DNA of 41,233 nucleotides from NCBI GenBank assembly GCA_038113685.1, contig JAYNPH010000004.1, positions 1 to 41,233 of the forward strand. Reading direction: 5' to 3'. The position numbers and the translations under genes are program-made. This document shows positions 16,708-27,542 of this stretch, in pieces (positions within the stretch are counted from its first letter, which is position 1; the number at the start of each line of letters is the position of its first letter). The notes below the pieces were generated by a model. It was not told where the DNA came from. It searched no databases and worked only from the letters and a program-made list of their open reading frames with translations. The stretch is from Gammaproteobacteria bacterium (GTDB lineage: Bacteria > Pseudomonadota > Gammaproteobacteria > Pseudomonadales > Azotimanducaceae).

Positions 16708-18888
16708 ATGGCCAGCAACCACCACGTAATTCAAGTCGCCGTTCCTCGGCCGCTGCACTCGGTATACGACTACCACGTCGACGCGTCTGCCGGTATCCCA
16801 AAGGTCGGTGCGCGGTTGCGTGTGCCTTTCGGCCGCAGCGAGGTCATCGGAGTATGCGTGAGCACGACGGTAGAAACGCCTCACGACAACACCAAGGCAG
16901 TGCTTGAGATTCTTGATACCGACTCGGCCATTGCCGAAGAACTGTTGGATCTTGCTCAGTGGATGAGTGGCTACTACCACTATCCTCTCGGCGAGGTGCT
17001 GGCTACGGTTTTACCAAGCGCTGCCCGCAAGGGGTCTGTCTTTGAGATCAAGCCGCCGCCCCCGCCGGATCTGTGGCATCTGGTCAAACCATCGGCTGTT
17101 AGTCCCCGAGCCAAAACTCAACAAGCCTTGGTGCTACATCTGCAGCAGGCCGGAGCACCCGTTACCGGCACAGACCTCGAGTCGGCCGGCTTTAATCGCC
17201 CGATGCTTAGGAAACTTGAAAGTCTGGGCGTTGTGGAGCGCAAACTCGCGGCTGAGGCCGCAACGCTGACCCCGCCGTTGACGCCAACTCCAGAGCAGGC
17301 TCGGGCCATTGATGCCGTCACTCGTACCCAGCAATTTGCCACGTTCCTGCTCGAGGGTGTAACCGGTTCCGGCAAAACCGAGGTTTATCTTCAAGTCATG
17401 GATCCGGTATTGGAGCAAGGCAAACAGGTCCTCGTTCTGGTGCCGGAAATCGCCTTAACACCTCAGACCTTGGCTCGTTTTGAAAACCGTTTTGCCGGGG
17501 TCGGCATCATGCACTCGGGCCTGACAGATCAGCAGCGCCTGCAAACTTGGCTGCGCTGCCGGTCCGGTGATATTCGAGTTTTGATCGGCACCCGATCCGC
17601 CGTGTTCACGCCATTTGCAGACTTGGGTTTAATCATTGTCGACGAAGAACACGATAGCTCCTATAAACAGCAGGAAGGCCTTCGCTATTCTGCTCGGGAC
17701 CTCACGGTCAAAAGAGCCCAAAGCGCCAACATTCCGCTGCTTTTGGGGTCCGCGACTCCATCATTGGAATCTGTGTATAACGTCCAGCGCGGACGGTACC
17801 GACACCTTGAAATCACCCAGCGGGCTGGGGGCGCCCTGATACCCAGCTTCGATGTTATCGACATGCGCGGGCAGAGCCTGCGCGGCGGGTTTTCCAACAG
17901 CCTGATTCGCATCATTCGCCAGCACTTGGCGGACACTGGGCAAGTGCTGATTTACCTCAACCGACGAGGTTTTGCGCCAGCGCTGCTGTGTCAAAGCTGC
18001 GGTTGGCAGTGCCTATGTTCCGACTGTGACGCAAAACTCACCCTGCACCGGCGTCCAGAGCAAATGGTTTGCCACCACTGCAGCTTGCGTTTTGCCCTGC
18101 CTGAGCGCTGCGAGCACTGCGGTCATGGCGACCTCCTGCCCGTAGGCACCGGCACCCAGCGGGCAGAAGAAACTTTGGCTGAGCTTTTTCCCGGCATCCC
18201 TCTCTACCGTATTGACCGCGACACCACTCGCACAACGAATCAACTCAACGCCCAACTGGAACAGATTCATCAGGGTCGCCCCTGCATCATGGTAGGCACC
18301 CAAATGCTCGCCAAGGGACACCACTTTCCTAACGTCACCTTAGTCGCCGTGGTTAACGCCGATGCCGGTTTCCTCAGCCCAGACTTTCGCGCACCGGAAC
18401 GCACCGCTCAACTGATTGTTCAAGTAGCAGGCAGAGCCGGGCGTGCCGAACGTCCGGGGCAGGTTTGGATACAGTCGTACCAGCCTGAGAATCCACTGCT
18501 GAAGCGACTCATGGAGCAAGGCTATGCCAGCTTCGCCCAAGCTGAGTTGACCAGCCGTTTAGAGGCAGGGCTGCCGCCCGGGCAGCCCATGGCCATGCTG
18601 CGTGCCGAAGCCTTTGAAGCGCAGATCGCCCGCGAATTTTTACAGCAGTGCAAAGGCCATCTGCTTAATCAACTCAAAGGCACAAATAGCGACCCAACAG
18701 CAAATGTGCAAATTATGGGACCAATTCCTGCGCCAATGGCGCGGTTAGCTAAACGCACGCGTTTCCAACTCATCGTCATCGCCGAATCTCGGCCACAACT
18801 GCATCGGCTCCTAGCCAGCATTGGCCAACCGAAAACCCATTCAAGCCTGCGCTGGTCTATTGATGTGGACCCTTACGATGCCATGTAA
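16708..18888 (+). CDS. priA: Primosomal protein N' helicase
   Basis: GVTGSGKTEVY, VPEIALTPQ, DEEHDSSYKQ, four CxxC pairs, GTQMLAKGHHFP, QVAGRAGR, DVDP end; ATG 16708 gives the usual N-terminus (VIQVAVPRPL). Confidence 0.97.
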   Translation: MASNHHVIQVAVPRPLHSVYDYHVDASAGIPKVGARLRVPFGRSEVIGVCVSTTVETPHDNTKAVLEILDTDSAIAEELLDLAQWMSGYYHYPLGEVLATVLPSAARKGSVFEIKPPPPPDLWHLVKPSAVSPRAKTQQALVLHLQQAGAPVTGTDLESAGFNRPMLRKLESLGVVERKLAAEAATLTPPLTPTPEQARAIDAVTRTQQFATFLLEGVTGSGKTEVYLQVMDPVLEQGKQVLVLVPEIALTPQTLARFENRFAGVGIMHSGLTDQQRLQTWLRCRSGDIRVLIGTRSAVFTPFADLGLIIVDEEHDSSYKQQEGLRYSARDLTVKRAQSANIPLLLGSATPSLESVYNVQRGRYRHLEITQRAGGALIPSFDVIDMRGQSLRGGFSNSLIRIIRQHLADTGQVLIYLNRRGFAPALLCQSCGWQCLCSDCDAKLTLHRRPEQMVCHHCSLRFALPERCEHCGHGDLLPVGTGTQRAEETLAELFPGIPLYRIDRDTTRTTNQLNAQLEQIHQGRPCIMVGTQMLAKGHHFPNVTLVAVVNADAGFLSPDFRAPERTAQLIVQVAGRAGRAERPGQVWIQSYQPENPLLKRLMEQGYASFAQAELTSRLEAGLPPGQPMAMLRAEAFEAQIAREFLQQCKGHLLNQLKGTNSDPTANVQIMGPIPAPMARLAKRTRFQLIVIAESRPQLHRLLASIGQPKTHSSLRWSIDVDPYDAM

Positions 18889-19045
18889 CGGCCGTTGGGC
18901 TGCGCGTGACGGACACCACCTAAAACCAACTTCTCAGGAGCCTGAAATCCGTCACTTGCCGTCGCTTTCGCGTAGATCCGACAACCACGGTATTATCTCG
19001 GTTCATTTGTTATTTTGACGTAAAGGCTCCAAGCGACTCACTACG

Positions 19046-19630
19046 ATGAAAGATTTCGCCAAACGAGGGCAATCCACAAAGCCTGCCAATAAGCGCTCTC
19101 GCCCGTCACCTCGCAAAAATACCGCTCGGGCGACACCCACGAGAGGCAAAAAGACTGCCGGATTCCACGGACCAAGTTTCTCTTCCGGGGCGATCTTCGG
19201 CGCGGTTTTAGTTCTGCTCGCCGCCTATCTGCCAGAGTGGCTAGAAATACCGCCCGGCGGCAAAGATCAAGCCGCCGCCGCTTCACCTCCCGCACCCGCG
19301 GTTACCTTCGAATTTCCCGACATTTTAAAAGACCGGGAAATTCAGGTGGACACCAGCCCTTATCAGACTGAAAACTCGAACCAATCCGATAAGCCTAAAA
19401 GTTACAAAGTTCAGGCCGCTTCGTTTCGGGATCAAGGTGAAGCGGACGAACTGAGAGCCAATTTATTGTTGAGCAATTTGCCCGCAACCGTGGTGATTAG
19501 TGACGGCGACACCGGCCGCTGGTTTCGCGTAACCTTGGGTCCGTTTGATCGGCGTGTGGACGCCAACCGTGCGTTAACCAAGCTTCGAGAGCGCGGTATT
19601 TCCGGCATCGTCTTAAACAACACGGATTAG
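19046..19630 (+). CDS. FtsN-like SPOR domain cell division protein
   Basis: MKDFA plus basic cytoplasmic tail, TM, FEFPDIL linker motif, SPOR ([18 protein letters not shown]); upstream of hslV. Confidence 0.85.
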   Translation: MKDFAKRGQSTKPANKRSRPSPRKNTARATPTRGKKTAGFHGPSFSSGAIFGAVLVLLAAYLPEWLEIPPGGKDQAAAASPPAPAVTFEFPDILKDREIQVDTSPYQTENSNQSDKPKSYKVQAASFRDQGEADELRANLLLSNLPATVVISDGDTGRWFRVTLGPFDRRVDANRALTKLRERGISGIVLNNTD

Positions 19631-19706
19631 TCACCGGAAGTTGGTCGGGACGCCGGCAAATATTGCTTTGTCCGATAGACCGCGCCAATATCCCCACCCC
19701 TGTGCT

Positions 19707-19733
19707 TTTGATGCCAGCGCGCCTGGCCCATCT
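19707..19733 (+). promoter_or_regulatory. Putative sigma32 promoter of hslVU
   Basis: TTTGAT-N13-GCCCATCT versus consensus CTTGAA-N13/14-CCCCATNT, upstream of a heat-shock operon. Confidence 0.5.
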
Positions 19734-19751
19734 TCTGAATCGGACTCGTTT

Positions 19752-20300
19752 ATGCAAGCATTTCACGGCACCACAATCCTTAGCGTTAGAAACAACCGAC
19801 AGGTAGCGATGGGCGGAGACGGCCAAGTGTCTTTGGGCGATACGGTGATGAAAGGCAATGCCATCAAGGTGCGGAAACTTTATCAAGACCGCGTTATTGG
19901 AGGCTTCGCCGGCAGCACGGCGGATGCCTTTACCTTGTTCGAAAAGTTTGAGGCGGCACTGGAAAAATACCACGGCCAGCTAACCCGCTCCGCCGTCGAG
20001 CTTGCAAAGGAATGGCGTTCAGACCGGGCCTTACGCAAGCTGGAGGCCATGTTGATCGTGGCCGATGCTCACACCACTCTTTTGATCAGCGGCAATGGCG
20101 ACGTTATCGAACCCGAAGCCGGAGTACTGGCCATTGGCTCCGGCGGTAACTACGCCCGCGCAGCGGCCACGGCGTTGGCAGAAAATACCGAGCTTGGAGC
20201 GGAAGACGTAGTCCGAAAGGCGCTGACCATCGCCGGCGATATCTGCGTCTATACCAATCATTCACTGACCATAGAAACCTTGAACGCCAATGCCGAATAA
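19752..20300 (+). CDS. hslV: ATP-dependent protease peptidase subunit
   Basis: MQAFHG then TTILSVR with catalytic Thr, [23 protein letters not shown]; ATG 19752 preferred. Confidence 0.97.
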   Translation: MQAFHGTTILSVRNNRQVAMGGDGQVSLGDTVMKGNAIKVRKLYQDRVIGGFAGSTADAFTLFEKFEAALEKYHGQLTRSAVELAKEWRSDRALRKLEAMLIVADAHTTLLISGNGDVIEPEAGVLAIGSGGNYARAAATALAENTELGAEDVVRKALTIAGDICVYTNHSLTIETLNANAE

Positions 20301-21624
20301 AGAGCCGTTGACCCCGAAACAAATCGCCGCTGAACTGGATCGACACATTGTGGGCCAAAGCGACGCCAAGCGTGCTGTTGCCATCGCCCTGAGAAACCGC
20401 TGGCGGCGCATGCAGCTGCAGAGCGAACTGCGGGATGAGGTCAGTCCAAAAAATATTCTGATGATTGGTCCCACCGGCGTGGGCAAAACTGAGATAGCCC
20501 GACGCTTAGCGAAACTGGCGAACGCGCCCTTGATCAAAGTCGAAGCCACAAAATTCACAGAGGTCGGCTATGTCGGTCGAGACGTAGAATCTATTGTTCG
20601 CGACCTTGCTGACACCGCCGTTAACCTGCTGCGGCAAGAGCAGATGCAAGCCGTTGGCGCTCAGGCCGAGGACCGAGCCGAAGAGCGCATCCTCGACGCT
20701 CTTCTGCCGCCGCCAAGAAACACCGATTCAGGGCCTGAGAGCTCAGATTCTTCCACCCGACAAATGTTTCGCAAAAAGCTTCGGCAAGGTGAGCTGGATG
20801 ACAAAGAAATAGACATCGAGCTGGAACAGGTCGCTGTTGGCGTCGAGATCATGACCCCTCCCGGCATGGAAGAAATGACCAGCCAACTGCAAAACATGTT
20901 CGCTAACCTCGGTCAGGGCAAAACCAAACAACACCGCCTCACTATAAAAGAAGCACGCAAACGACTGCAGGACGAAGAAGCAGCCGGCCTGATTAACGAG
21001 GACGAGATTCGCAGCAAGGCAGTGACTGCCGTAGAGCAAACCGGCATCGTTTTTATCGACGAGCTGGATAAGGTCGCCAAACGTTCCGAAGTTTCGGGGA
21101 CCGATGTTTCCCGAGAAGGTGTGCAGCGAGACTTGTTGCCCTTAATAGAAGGCTGCACGGTGACCACCAAATATGGCCCCATCAGTACGGACCACATTTT
21201 ATTTATTGGATCGGGAGCGTTTCACCTGGCCAAGCCGTCAGACTTAATCCCCGAGCTACAAGGCCGTTTACCTATCCGAGTCGAACTTCAGGCCCTGAGC
21301 CCCGAGGACTTCAAACGCATTCTTACCGAACCCAAGGCGAGCCTGTGCGAGCAGTATCAGGCGCTTATGGCGGCGGAGCAGGTCGCGTTGAAGTTTGACC
21401 CCAGCGGCATCGACCGCATTGCGGAGCTGGCTTGGCAGGTGAATGAAGGTACCGAAAATATCGGCGCCCGCCGGCTGCATACCGTTATGGAGCGTTTGTT
21501 GGAGCCCTTGTCCTTCGCCGCCGACGAGTACGCAGGAGAAACGGTGTTGATTGACCAAGCCTATGTAGACGAGCACCTTCATGACTTGGTCAGCAACACA
21601 GACCTGTCACGCTTTATTCTGTAG
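20290..21624 (+). CDS. hslU: ATP-dependent protease ATPase subunit
   Basis: [17 protein letters not shown] pore motif, [23 protein letters not shown] end. Confidence 0.98.
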   Translation: MPNKEPLTPKQIAAELDRHIVGQSDAKRAVAIALRNRWRRMQLQSELRDEVSPKNILMIGPTGVGKTEIARRLAKLANAPLIKVEATKFTEVGYVGRDVESIVRDLADTAVNLLRQEQMQAVGAQAEDRAEERILDALLPPPRNTDSGPESSDSSTRQMFRKKLRQGELDDKEIDIELEQVAVGVEIMTPPGMEEMTSQLQNMFANLGQGKTKQHRLTIKEARKRLQDEEAAGLINEDEIRSKAVTAVEQTGIVFIDELDKVAKRSEVSGTDVSREGVQRDLLPLIEGCTVTTKYGPISTDHILFIGSGAFHLAKPSDLIPELQGRLPIRVELQALSPEDFKRILTEPKASLCEQYQALMAAEQVALKFDPSGIDRIAELAWQVNEGTENIGARRLHTVMERLLEPLSFAADEYAGETVLIDQAYVDEHLHDLVSNTDLSRFIL

Positions 21625-21661
21625 TGAACTTAGACTCAGACCGCAAACTGACATAGCAACA

Positions 21662-22042
21662 ATGCAAGCACCCGCGCACATCACCTATCACAAAATCGCT
21701 CACACGCTGGAACTGCAGTGGGAGGATAAGAGCCTGCAAATCCCAGCGGAATTGTTGCGCGTCTACTCGCCGTCCGCGGAAGTCAGAGGGCATTCACCGG
21801 ATCAGCGAACATTGCAAACCGGCAAGAAAAATGTCGGCATTCGGCAGATTGAGCCAGTGGGTAACTACGCTATTCGCATTTCGTTTGATGACGGCCACGA
21901 CAGCGGTATCTACGCGTGGACCTACCTGTATGAGCTAGGCAGCGAACAGGATCGGTTTTGGCAAGACTATTTAGCGGAACTCAAGCAAGCCAACGCATCG
22001 AGGCTTCCAAATATTCCAGTAAATCAGTGGACACCGAAGTAA
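21662..22042 (+). CDS. DUF971 / gamma-butyrobetaine hydroxylase-like N-terminal domain protein
   Basis: ELLRVYSPSAEVRGH, PVGNYAIRISFDDGHDSGIY; follows hslU; ATG 21662. Confidence 0.9.
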   Translation: MQAPAHITYHKIAHTLELQWEDKSLQIPAELLRVYSPSAEVRGHSPDQRTLQTGKKNVGIRQIEPVGNYAIRISFDDGHDSGIYAWTYLYELGSEQDRFWQDYLAELKQANASRLPNIPVNQWTPK

Positions 22043-22115
22043 ACGGCCTGCCGTGCTCAACGGCACGATATCCACGCTATAGTGCCTAGCACCACACAGA
22101 TGAGACGCCACCGCG

Positions 22116-22901
22116 ATGACCAACAGCGCTGAAAGACACAACGACAAAGCCAAAGAGGAAAGGGTCAGCTTCGGTTTTGAGGATGTTTCTCCAGAGGAAA
22201 AAACCCGCAAGGTTGGCGACGTATTTAAAGCGGTTGCCGGCCGCTATGACATGATGAACGATCTGATGTCTTTCGGTACTCACCGAATCTTCAAACGCAT
22301 GGTTCTGCAAATGTCCGGTGTTCGGCAGGGTCACCGGATTCTTGATCTGGCGGGCGGCACCGGCGACATGTCAGCACTTTTCGCGCCAGCGGTCGGCGAT
22401 CAGGGCCAAGTAGTCCTGACGGATCTAAACCGGCCCATGATGCAGGTTGGACGCAATCGCTTGCTCGACGAGGGTTTGGCCCAAGTGCAATTCTGCCAAG
22501 CTCCGGCGGAGTCTCTGCCCTTTGCCGACAACAGCTTTGACTGCGCCTGCATTAGTTTTGGTATTCGCAATTTCACCGACAAAGATCGCGCCTTGGGCGA
22601 GCTACTGCGGGTGCTCAAACCCGGAGCCCCCCTGCTAGTGCTGGAATTCTCCCAGCCCACGGATCCGGTCTTGGAAACCGCCTACAAAGCCTTTCAGTCC
22701 CTTTGGCCGCCAGTTGGCAAACTGTTGGTAGGTGACGCTCAGCCCTATCAATACCTGGTCGAATCCATACGCATGCACCCTAACCAGAAAACCCTAAAGC
22801 AAATGTTTGATGATGCCGGTTTCGTCGATACCGACTTCTACAATCTGGTGGGCGGCATCGCGGCAATCCACCGCGGCATGAAACCTCATACCGCGGACTG
22901 A
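22116..22901 (+). CDS. ubiE: Ubiquinone/menaquinone C-methyltransferase
   Basis: YDMMNDLMSFG, LDLAGGTGD, FGIRN, VLEFS, YLVESIRMHP. Confidence 0.96.
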   Translation: MTNSAERHNDKAKEERVSFGFEDVSPEEKTRKVGDVFKAVAGRYDMMNDLMSFGTHRIFKRMVLQMSGVRQGHRILDLAGGTGDMSALFAPAVGDQGQVVLTDLNRPMMQVGRNRLLDEGLAQVQFCQAPAESLPFADNSFDCACISFGIRNFTDKDRALGELLRVLKPGAPLLVLEFSQPTDPVLETAYKAFQSLWPPVGKLLVGDAQPYQYLVESIRMHPNQKTLKQMFDDAGFVDTDFYNLVGGIAAIHRGMKPHTAD

Positions 22902-22903
22902 CC

Positions 22904-23524
22904 ATGGGCGACAGCACGGACTTATTTCTTAACGCCCTGCAAGCGATGCTGAGCCAGCTCAGCGCCAGCGCGCTCAATTGGGATCCCAAGACCCAACAAC
23001 AGCTCGAACCGCTCGCTGGACAGGTCATCGAAATTCAATGCGTGCAGCCGGTCCAGACTTGGCATCTGGTGATTCAACCGAATCAACTCGACTTTGTGGC
23101 CGGGCCAGCCGTGACCTCGAATGTCATTGTCATTGGCACCGCAAGAGCCTTGCTGCATGCCTTGGTGACTGGCGACAGCGGTTGGCCGTTAGAGGTGCAG
23201 GGCGACGCAACCGTGCTGTTAAAACTTCAGGCTCTGGTGAAGGGGTTTTCCCCGGATCTAGCGAAACCTTTGTCATCAGTGCTGAGCGATAACGATGCCC
23301 AACGCCTCACCGCCCTTTTTGAATTGGGTCGCGATACCCTCACTAACGTTATGAGAGCGGCCAGCGAGCAAGCCCAAGACGCCGCGGCAACCCTTTTGAC
23401 CAAGCGCTACTCAAGCGAATCCGAAGCTGACGTCATGCACCAGCGATTGAGCGCGTTACGCTTAAGAGTCGATCGTCTACAGGCCCGGTTGGACTTATTT
23501 CCATCTGCCGGACTCAAACCCTAA
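22904..23524 (+). CDS. ubiJ: Ubiquinone biosynthesis accessory factor (SCP2 domain)
   Basis: Between ubiE and ubiB; DP...L..LAGQVI, VQGD, C-terminal LRLRVDRLQARL. Confidence 0.8.
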   Translation: MGDSTDLFLNALQAMLSQLSASALNWDPKTQQQLEPLAGQVIEIQCVQPVQTWHLVIQPNQLDFVAGPAVTSNVIVIGTARALLHALVTGDSGWPLEVQGDATVLLKLQALVKGFSPDLAKPLSSVLSDNDAQRLTALFELGRDTLTNVMRAASEQAQDAAATLLTKRYSSESEADVMHQRLSALRLRVDRLQARLDLFPSAGLKP

Positions 23525-25092
23525 TGCGATGGAGTCACGTTCGATACGTTCTGGGTCTGCTCAAGACGGCTCTGAGTTTTCGGCTTCATCATCTGATCCC
23601 AGCTCACCAAATCCCAAGCCGATTTGCTCGAGTTGCACTTTGGTTTACGCGCCTACTGTTACCGGCAGCAAAGTCGCTAGAAGACCAGTTGCCCAAGGCC
23701 CTGGAATCTCGCGGACCGGTCTTTATCAAACTGGGGCAACTGCTATCGACCCGGCCAGATGTGTTAGGCGAGACCACCTGCCAAGCGCTGGCTAAGCTGC
23801 AAGACCAGGTGCGGCCCATGGCTGGCGAGGAGGCCATCGGGCTGATCAAAGAGGCCTTGGGCGAGGAAGCGCTAGCGCAATTTCACGACATTGCACCCAA
23901 ACCTCTAGCCAGCGCCTCCATCGCTCAGGTGCACGCCGCCCAGTTGATCTCGGGTGAAGACGTCGTCATCAAGGTTGTGCGGCCCGGTATAGAAACACTG
24001 ATTAACACCGAGATGAGCGCCTTGATCGAATTGGCCCGCTGGCTGGAGGGGCGTTTCCCGCTGTTAGGACAGCTTCACTTAGCGCAGATCTTCAGCGATC
24101 AGCAACAGGTCATGCTGACCGAGCTGAATATGTTCTTGGAAGCTCGCAACCAGATCCAGTTACGCCGCAACTTCGCGGACTCGCCGCTGCTGCACGTACC
24201 GCGGCTCTACTCTTCATTCACGCGGTTCAACTTACTGGTGATGACCCGCATGTACGCCCCCTCGATCGGCGACCTGCACCTTCTCAAAGACGCGGGCGTC
24301 GATCTCAAGGTATTGGCTCACAAAGGCGTCGAGACCTTTTTTACTCAAGTTTTCGAGCACAATTTCTTTCATGCGGACATGCACCCGGGCAACGTATTTG
24401 TCGATATTCAGGACCCTGCAGACCCGAAGTGGATTGCCCTGGATTGCGCCATTATCGGCAGCCTCAGTGAGTCAGACCAATCCTATCTGGCGCAAAACCT
24501 CATCGCCTTCTTTGCGAGAGACTACCGGCAGATCGTCAACCTGCACCTGCGTTCAGGCTGGATACCCGCCACCACGGATGTTGAGGCATTTGAGGAGGTC
24601 ATCGCATCGGTATGCGAGCCAATTTTCGCCCAGCCGTTAAGCGAAATATCCTTCGCCGCCTTTATGACCGACCTGCTCGAGGCCGCTCGGGCCTTTAATA
24701 TGCAGGTTCAACCCCAACTCGTGCTTTTACAAAAAACGCTGCTTTATATTGAAGGCCTCGGCCGGCAGCTGTACCCCCAGCTGGATCTCTGGGAAACCGC
24801 CGCACCATTTATGCAGCGCTGGGCGGTGAGAAACCTTGGGGCGGTGGCTATTCTGGGCAAGCTGCTTGATCAAGGCCCAAAAATTCTCAGCGAACTGCAC
24901 CGCTTGCCCAGCTTGTTGGACGACACTCAGACCATCGACCTGCGTATTCAATTGGCGCAACAACAGGATCAACTTGAACAGCTGAGCATCCAGCTTTCCA
25001 AGAGCCGACGTCAAAGCCGACGCCGCTGGGCTTTGAGCGTTAGCCTGCTGGCTGCCGGAGCAGCTTGGCTGCTATGTGCGGGCTTATGGTAG
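23524..25092 (+). CDS. ubiB: Ubiquinone biosynthesis kinase-like protein
   Basis: [50 protein letters not shown]-terminal TM. Confidence 0.95.
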   Translation: MRWSHVRYVLGLLKTALSFRLHHLIPAHQIPSRFARVALWFTRLLLPAAKSLEDQLPKALESRGPVFIKLGQLLSTRPDVLGETTCQALAKLQDQVRPMAGEEAIGLIKEALGEEALAQFHDIAPKPLASASIAQVHAAQLISGEDVVIKVVRPGIETLINTEMSALIELARWLEGRFPLLGQLHLAQIFSDQQQVMLTELNMFLEARNQIQLRRNFADSPLLHVPRLYSSFTRFNLLVMTRMYAPSIGDLHLLKDAGVDLKVLAHKGVETFFTQVFEHNFFHADMHPGNVFVDIQDPADPKWIALDCAIIGSLSESDQSYLAQNLIAFFARDYRQIVNLHLRSGWIPATTDVEAFEEVIASVCEPIFAQPLSEISFAAFMTDLLEAARAFNMQVQPQLVLLQKTLLYIEGLGRQLYPQLDLWETAAPFMQRWAVRNLGAVAILGKLLDQGPKILSELHRLPSLLDDTQTIDLRIQLAQQQDQLEQLSIQLSKSRRQSRRRWALSVSLLAAGAAWLLCAGLW

Positions 25093-25133
25093 GTGATAGG
25101 ATGCTGACATCTCATCAGGCAAACGAGCGCGTC

Positions 25134-25469
25134 ATGAGCGTCTTAGACGATTTAACTCAAGTTCTAGCCCAACGAAAAACCGACAGCCCGGAAACATCTT
25201 ACGTTGCCAGACTGCACGAGAAAGGTTTGAACAAAATCTTGGAAAAAGTTGGCGAAGAAGCAACCGAGGTGATTTTAGCTGCGAAGGATGCCGGGGCCGG
25301 CGACGATGGACGCAAACACGTTGTTCAAGAGACTGCCGATCTGTGGTTTCACACCATGGTCATGCTCAGTGAACTCGGGCTATCGTCCCAAGATGTGCTG
25401 GATGAGTTGAGCAAGCGCTTTGGCGTCGGTGGGCTGGATGAAAAAGCGAGTCGCCAGACCCAGAACTAG
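25134..25469 (+). CDS. hisE: Phosphoribosyl-ATP pyrophosphatase
   Basis: [27 protein letters not shown]; ATG 25134; TGaTAGGAT extended -10 at 25094-25102. Confidence 0.95.
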   Translation: MSVLDDLTQVLAQRKTDSPETSYVARLHEKGLNKILEKVGEEATEVILAAKDAGAGDDGRKHVVQETADLWFHTMVMLSELGLSSQDVLDELSKRFGVGGLDEKASRQTQN

Positions 25470-25488
25470 GCCGGCGTGCCTTGGGCTA

Positions 25489-25516
25489 TTCGCAGCATCA
25501 TCTTGCCCCCTATAAT
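25489..25516 (+). promoter_or_regulatory. Putative sigma70 promoter of tatABC
   Basis: Perfect TATAAT at 25511-25516, weak TTCGCA upstream, GGAG RBS before ATG 25542. Confidence 0.5.
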
Positions 25517-25541
25517 GACTGCAACATAATCGGAGACTCCA

Positions 25542-25799
25542 ATGTTTGGATTTGGCATGCAAGAACTCTTGGTCATTCTGGCCATCGTCCTATTGCTGTT
25601 TGGCCCTAAGCGCTTAAAAAATATTGGTTCCGACTTGGGAAATGCCATCAAAGGCTTCAGAACGGCGGTAACCGATGACGATAAACCCGCAGAAAATACG
25701 GAACAAGCCAGTGCCAAGGTTATTGATAGCGGCGCAACCCAAGGCGCAAGCGTTGGCGAGGCAGAGCCTGAAAAGCCAACCCAAGACACTAAGTCCTAG
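25542..25799 (+). CDS. tatA: Twin-arginine translocase subunit A
   Basis: Short TM, FG hinge, amphipathic helix [17 protein letters not shown]. Confidence 0.95.
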   Translation: MFGFGMQELLVILAIVLLLFGPKRLKNIGSDLGNAIKGFRTAVTDDDKPAENTEQASAKVIDSGATQGASVGEAEPEKPTQDTKS

Positions 25800-25900
25800 C
25801 CCCGCCCCTGACCGAGTTCGCCCAGGTAGCCCAGAACGCAAAGAAAGGCTCAAACAGGCGGGCCGGAGGACATTCACCAAAAGGAGTTTGAAGCAGTCCC

Positions 25901-26242
25901 ATGTTCAGTGACTTCGGCACCATGGAACTCATGTTGATCTTGCTGGTCACGCTGCTGGTGATCGGTCCCGAGCGTCTGCCTGAAACCCTACGGACGTTAG
26001 GTTTATGGTTAGGGCGCATCAGCCGGTCCTTTGCCGCGGTAAAAGTCGAAATTGAGCAGGAAATTGGCATGGACGATATCCGCCGCCAGCTTCACAACGA
26101 GCAGGTAATGGCGGAAATGAAAAAAATCGAAAACGACGTGAAAGTCAGCACCGCAGCCGTAGATACCGGGATAGCCGAGGCAACGGCGGCCACCGATACG
26201 AATAAAGCAAACGAAACAAAGCCGACGCCAGGCGCCCCATGA
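25901..26242 (+). CDS. tatB: Twin-arginine translocase subunit B
   Basis: [24 protein letters not shown]. Confidence 0.94.
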   Translation: MFSDFGTMELMLILLVTLLVIGPERLPETLRTLGLWLGRISRSFAAVKVEIEQEIGMDDIRRQLHNEQVMAEMKKIENDVKVSTAAVDTGIAEATAATDTNKANETKPTPGAP

Positions 26243-27027
26243 CTGCCCAGACCGGTTCAAACGATACCGACGACGAAAAGGAGATGCCGTTTCTCGAGCA
26301 CCTGATAGAGCTGCGCGCCCGTATTCTTCGAAGCTTTGCTCTAATCGGTATTTTGTTTATTCCGATCTACTACTATGCCGGCCCGCTGTTCAGCTTCGTT
26401 GCAGCCCCCCTCGTGCAGGCACTTCCCGACGGCTCGTCTATGATCGCCACCCAGGTGACATCGCCCTTCCTCACGCCATTCAAGCTGGCCATCTACACAG
26501 CAGTTTTTACCGGCATTCCTTTTTTGCTGCATCAGCTTTGGGCTTTTGTTTCGCCCGGCCTCTACCGCAACGAAAAACGTTTTGCCTTTCCACTACTGTT
26601 CTCCAGCGTCGTGCTGTTTTACGCCGGCATGGCATTCAGCTACTTCTTAGTCTTTCCGCTGGTTTTTAACTTTTTGGCCGTCGTCAGTCCTGAAGGGGTA
26701 CCTATGATGACGGACATCAATCACTACCTGGACTTCGTGCTCAAGATGTTCTTGGCCTTCGGTATCGCCTTCGAAATTCCCGTAGCCACGTTTTTGCTGG
26801 CGTGGTCCGGCCTTTCCAGCGCGGACAAAATGGCCAACAAGCGGCCATACGTCATCATTGGCTGCTTTATTGCCGGCATGTTGCTGACCCCGCCGGACGT
26901 GGTGTCGCAACTGTTGCTGGCGCTGCCAACCTGGGTGCTGTTTGAGCTCGGTGTTTTATTGGCGCGGCTGGTGGAGCGGCGCAGCATCGAAGAGCCGGAC
27001 CAAGCTCGCGGTGGACCGCAAGCCTAA
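26239..27027 (+). CDS. tatC: Twin-arginine translocase subunit C
   Basis: [35 protein letters not shown]; six TM segments. Confidence 0.97.
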   Translation: MTAQTGSNDTDDEKEMPFLEHLIELRARILRSFALIGILFIPIYYYAGPLFSFVAAPLVQALPDGSSMIATQVTSPFLTPFKLAIYTAVFTGIPFLLHQLWAFVSPGLYRNEKRFAFPLLFSSVVLFYAGMAFSYFLVFPLVFNFLAVVSPEGVPMMTDINHYLDFVLKMFLAFGIAFEIPVATFLLAWSGLSSADKMANKRPYVIIGCFIAGMLLTPPDVVSQLLLALPTWVLFELGVLLARLVERRSIEEPDQARGGPQA

Positions 27028-27044
27028 AACACCGGACAACGCAG

Positions 27045-27497
27045 CTAAACCGCGATTGTTGGGTGCTCAAGCAAAAGAGTGAAAGGACCGTCGTTTACGC
27101 TCTCGACCTGCATATCGGCGGCAAAGACACCACTTTCTACCGGCACAATTTGGCTCAGCTCGGCAATAAACGTCTCATATAGGGCTTTTGCTACGTCCGG
27201 CGCTGCGGCGCCGGAAAAAGACGGACGCCGACCTTTGCGAGCGTCGGCCAGCAAGGTGAACTGGGAAATCACGAGAACGGCGCCACCGATGTCCCTAACG
27301 CTAAGCGAGGTTTTCTCAGTGGAGGAGGCATCGAAGATGCGCAGATTGGCAATTTTGTCTGCAAGCCACCTAATCTGAGCTGGGCCGTCCTGTGCAGCCA
27401 CACCCAGATACACCAGCAAGCCTTGGTTTATCTGGCCAACTGCGGCGCCATCGACACAAACGCTGGCGCTGCGCACTCGCTGGACGGCAGCCTTCAT
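27045..27497 (-). CDS. dtd: D-aminoacyl-tRNA deacylase
   Basis: MKAAVQRV, SQFTL, KGRRPSF, NDGPFT (Gly-cisPro); GAGG RBS. Confidence 0.96.
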   Translation of the reverse strand: MKAAVQRVRSASVCVDGAAVGQINQGLLVYLGVAAQDGPAQIRWLADKIANLRIFDASSTEKTSLSVRDIGGAVLVISQFTLLADARKGRRPSFSGAAAPDVAKALYETFIAELSQIVPVESGVFAADMQVESVNDGPFTLLLEHPTIAV

Positions 27498-27542
27498 CGG
27501 TTGCCTCGGCCCAAGACCGCTAAGCAACCTACAGCAAACGCT

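Noticed and set aside
19641-19769. Long HslV N-terminal extension and propeptide
   Set aside because: The long form overlaps the sigma32-like promoter; the short MQAFHG propeptide type is already known in proteobacteria
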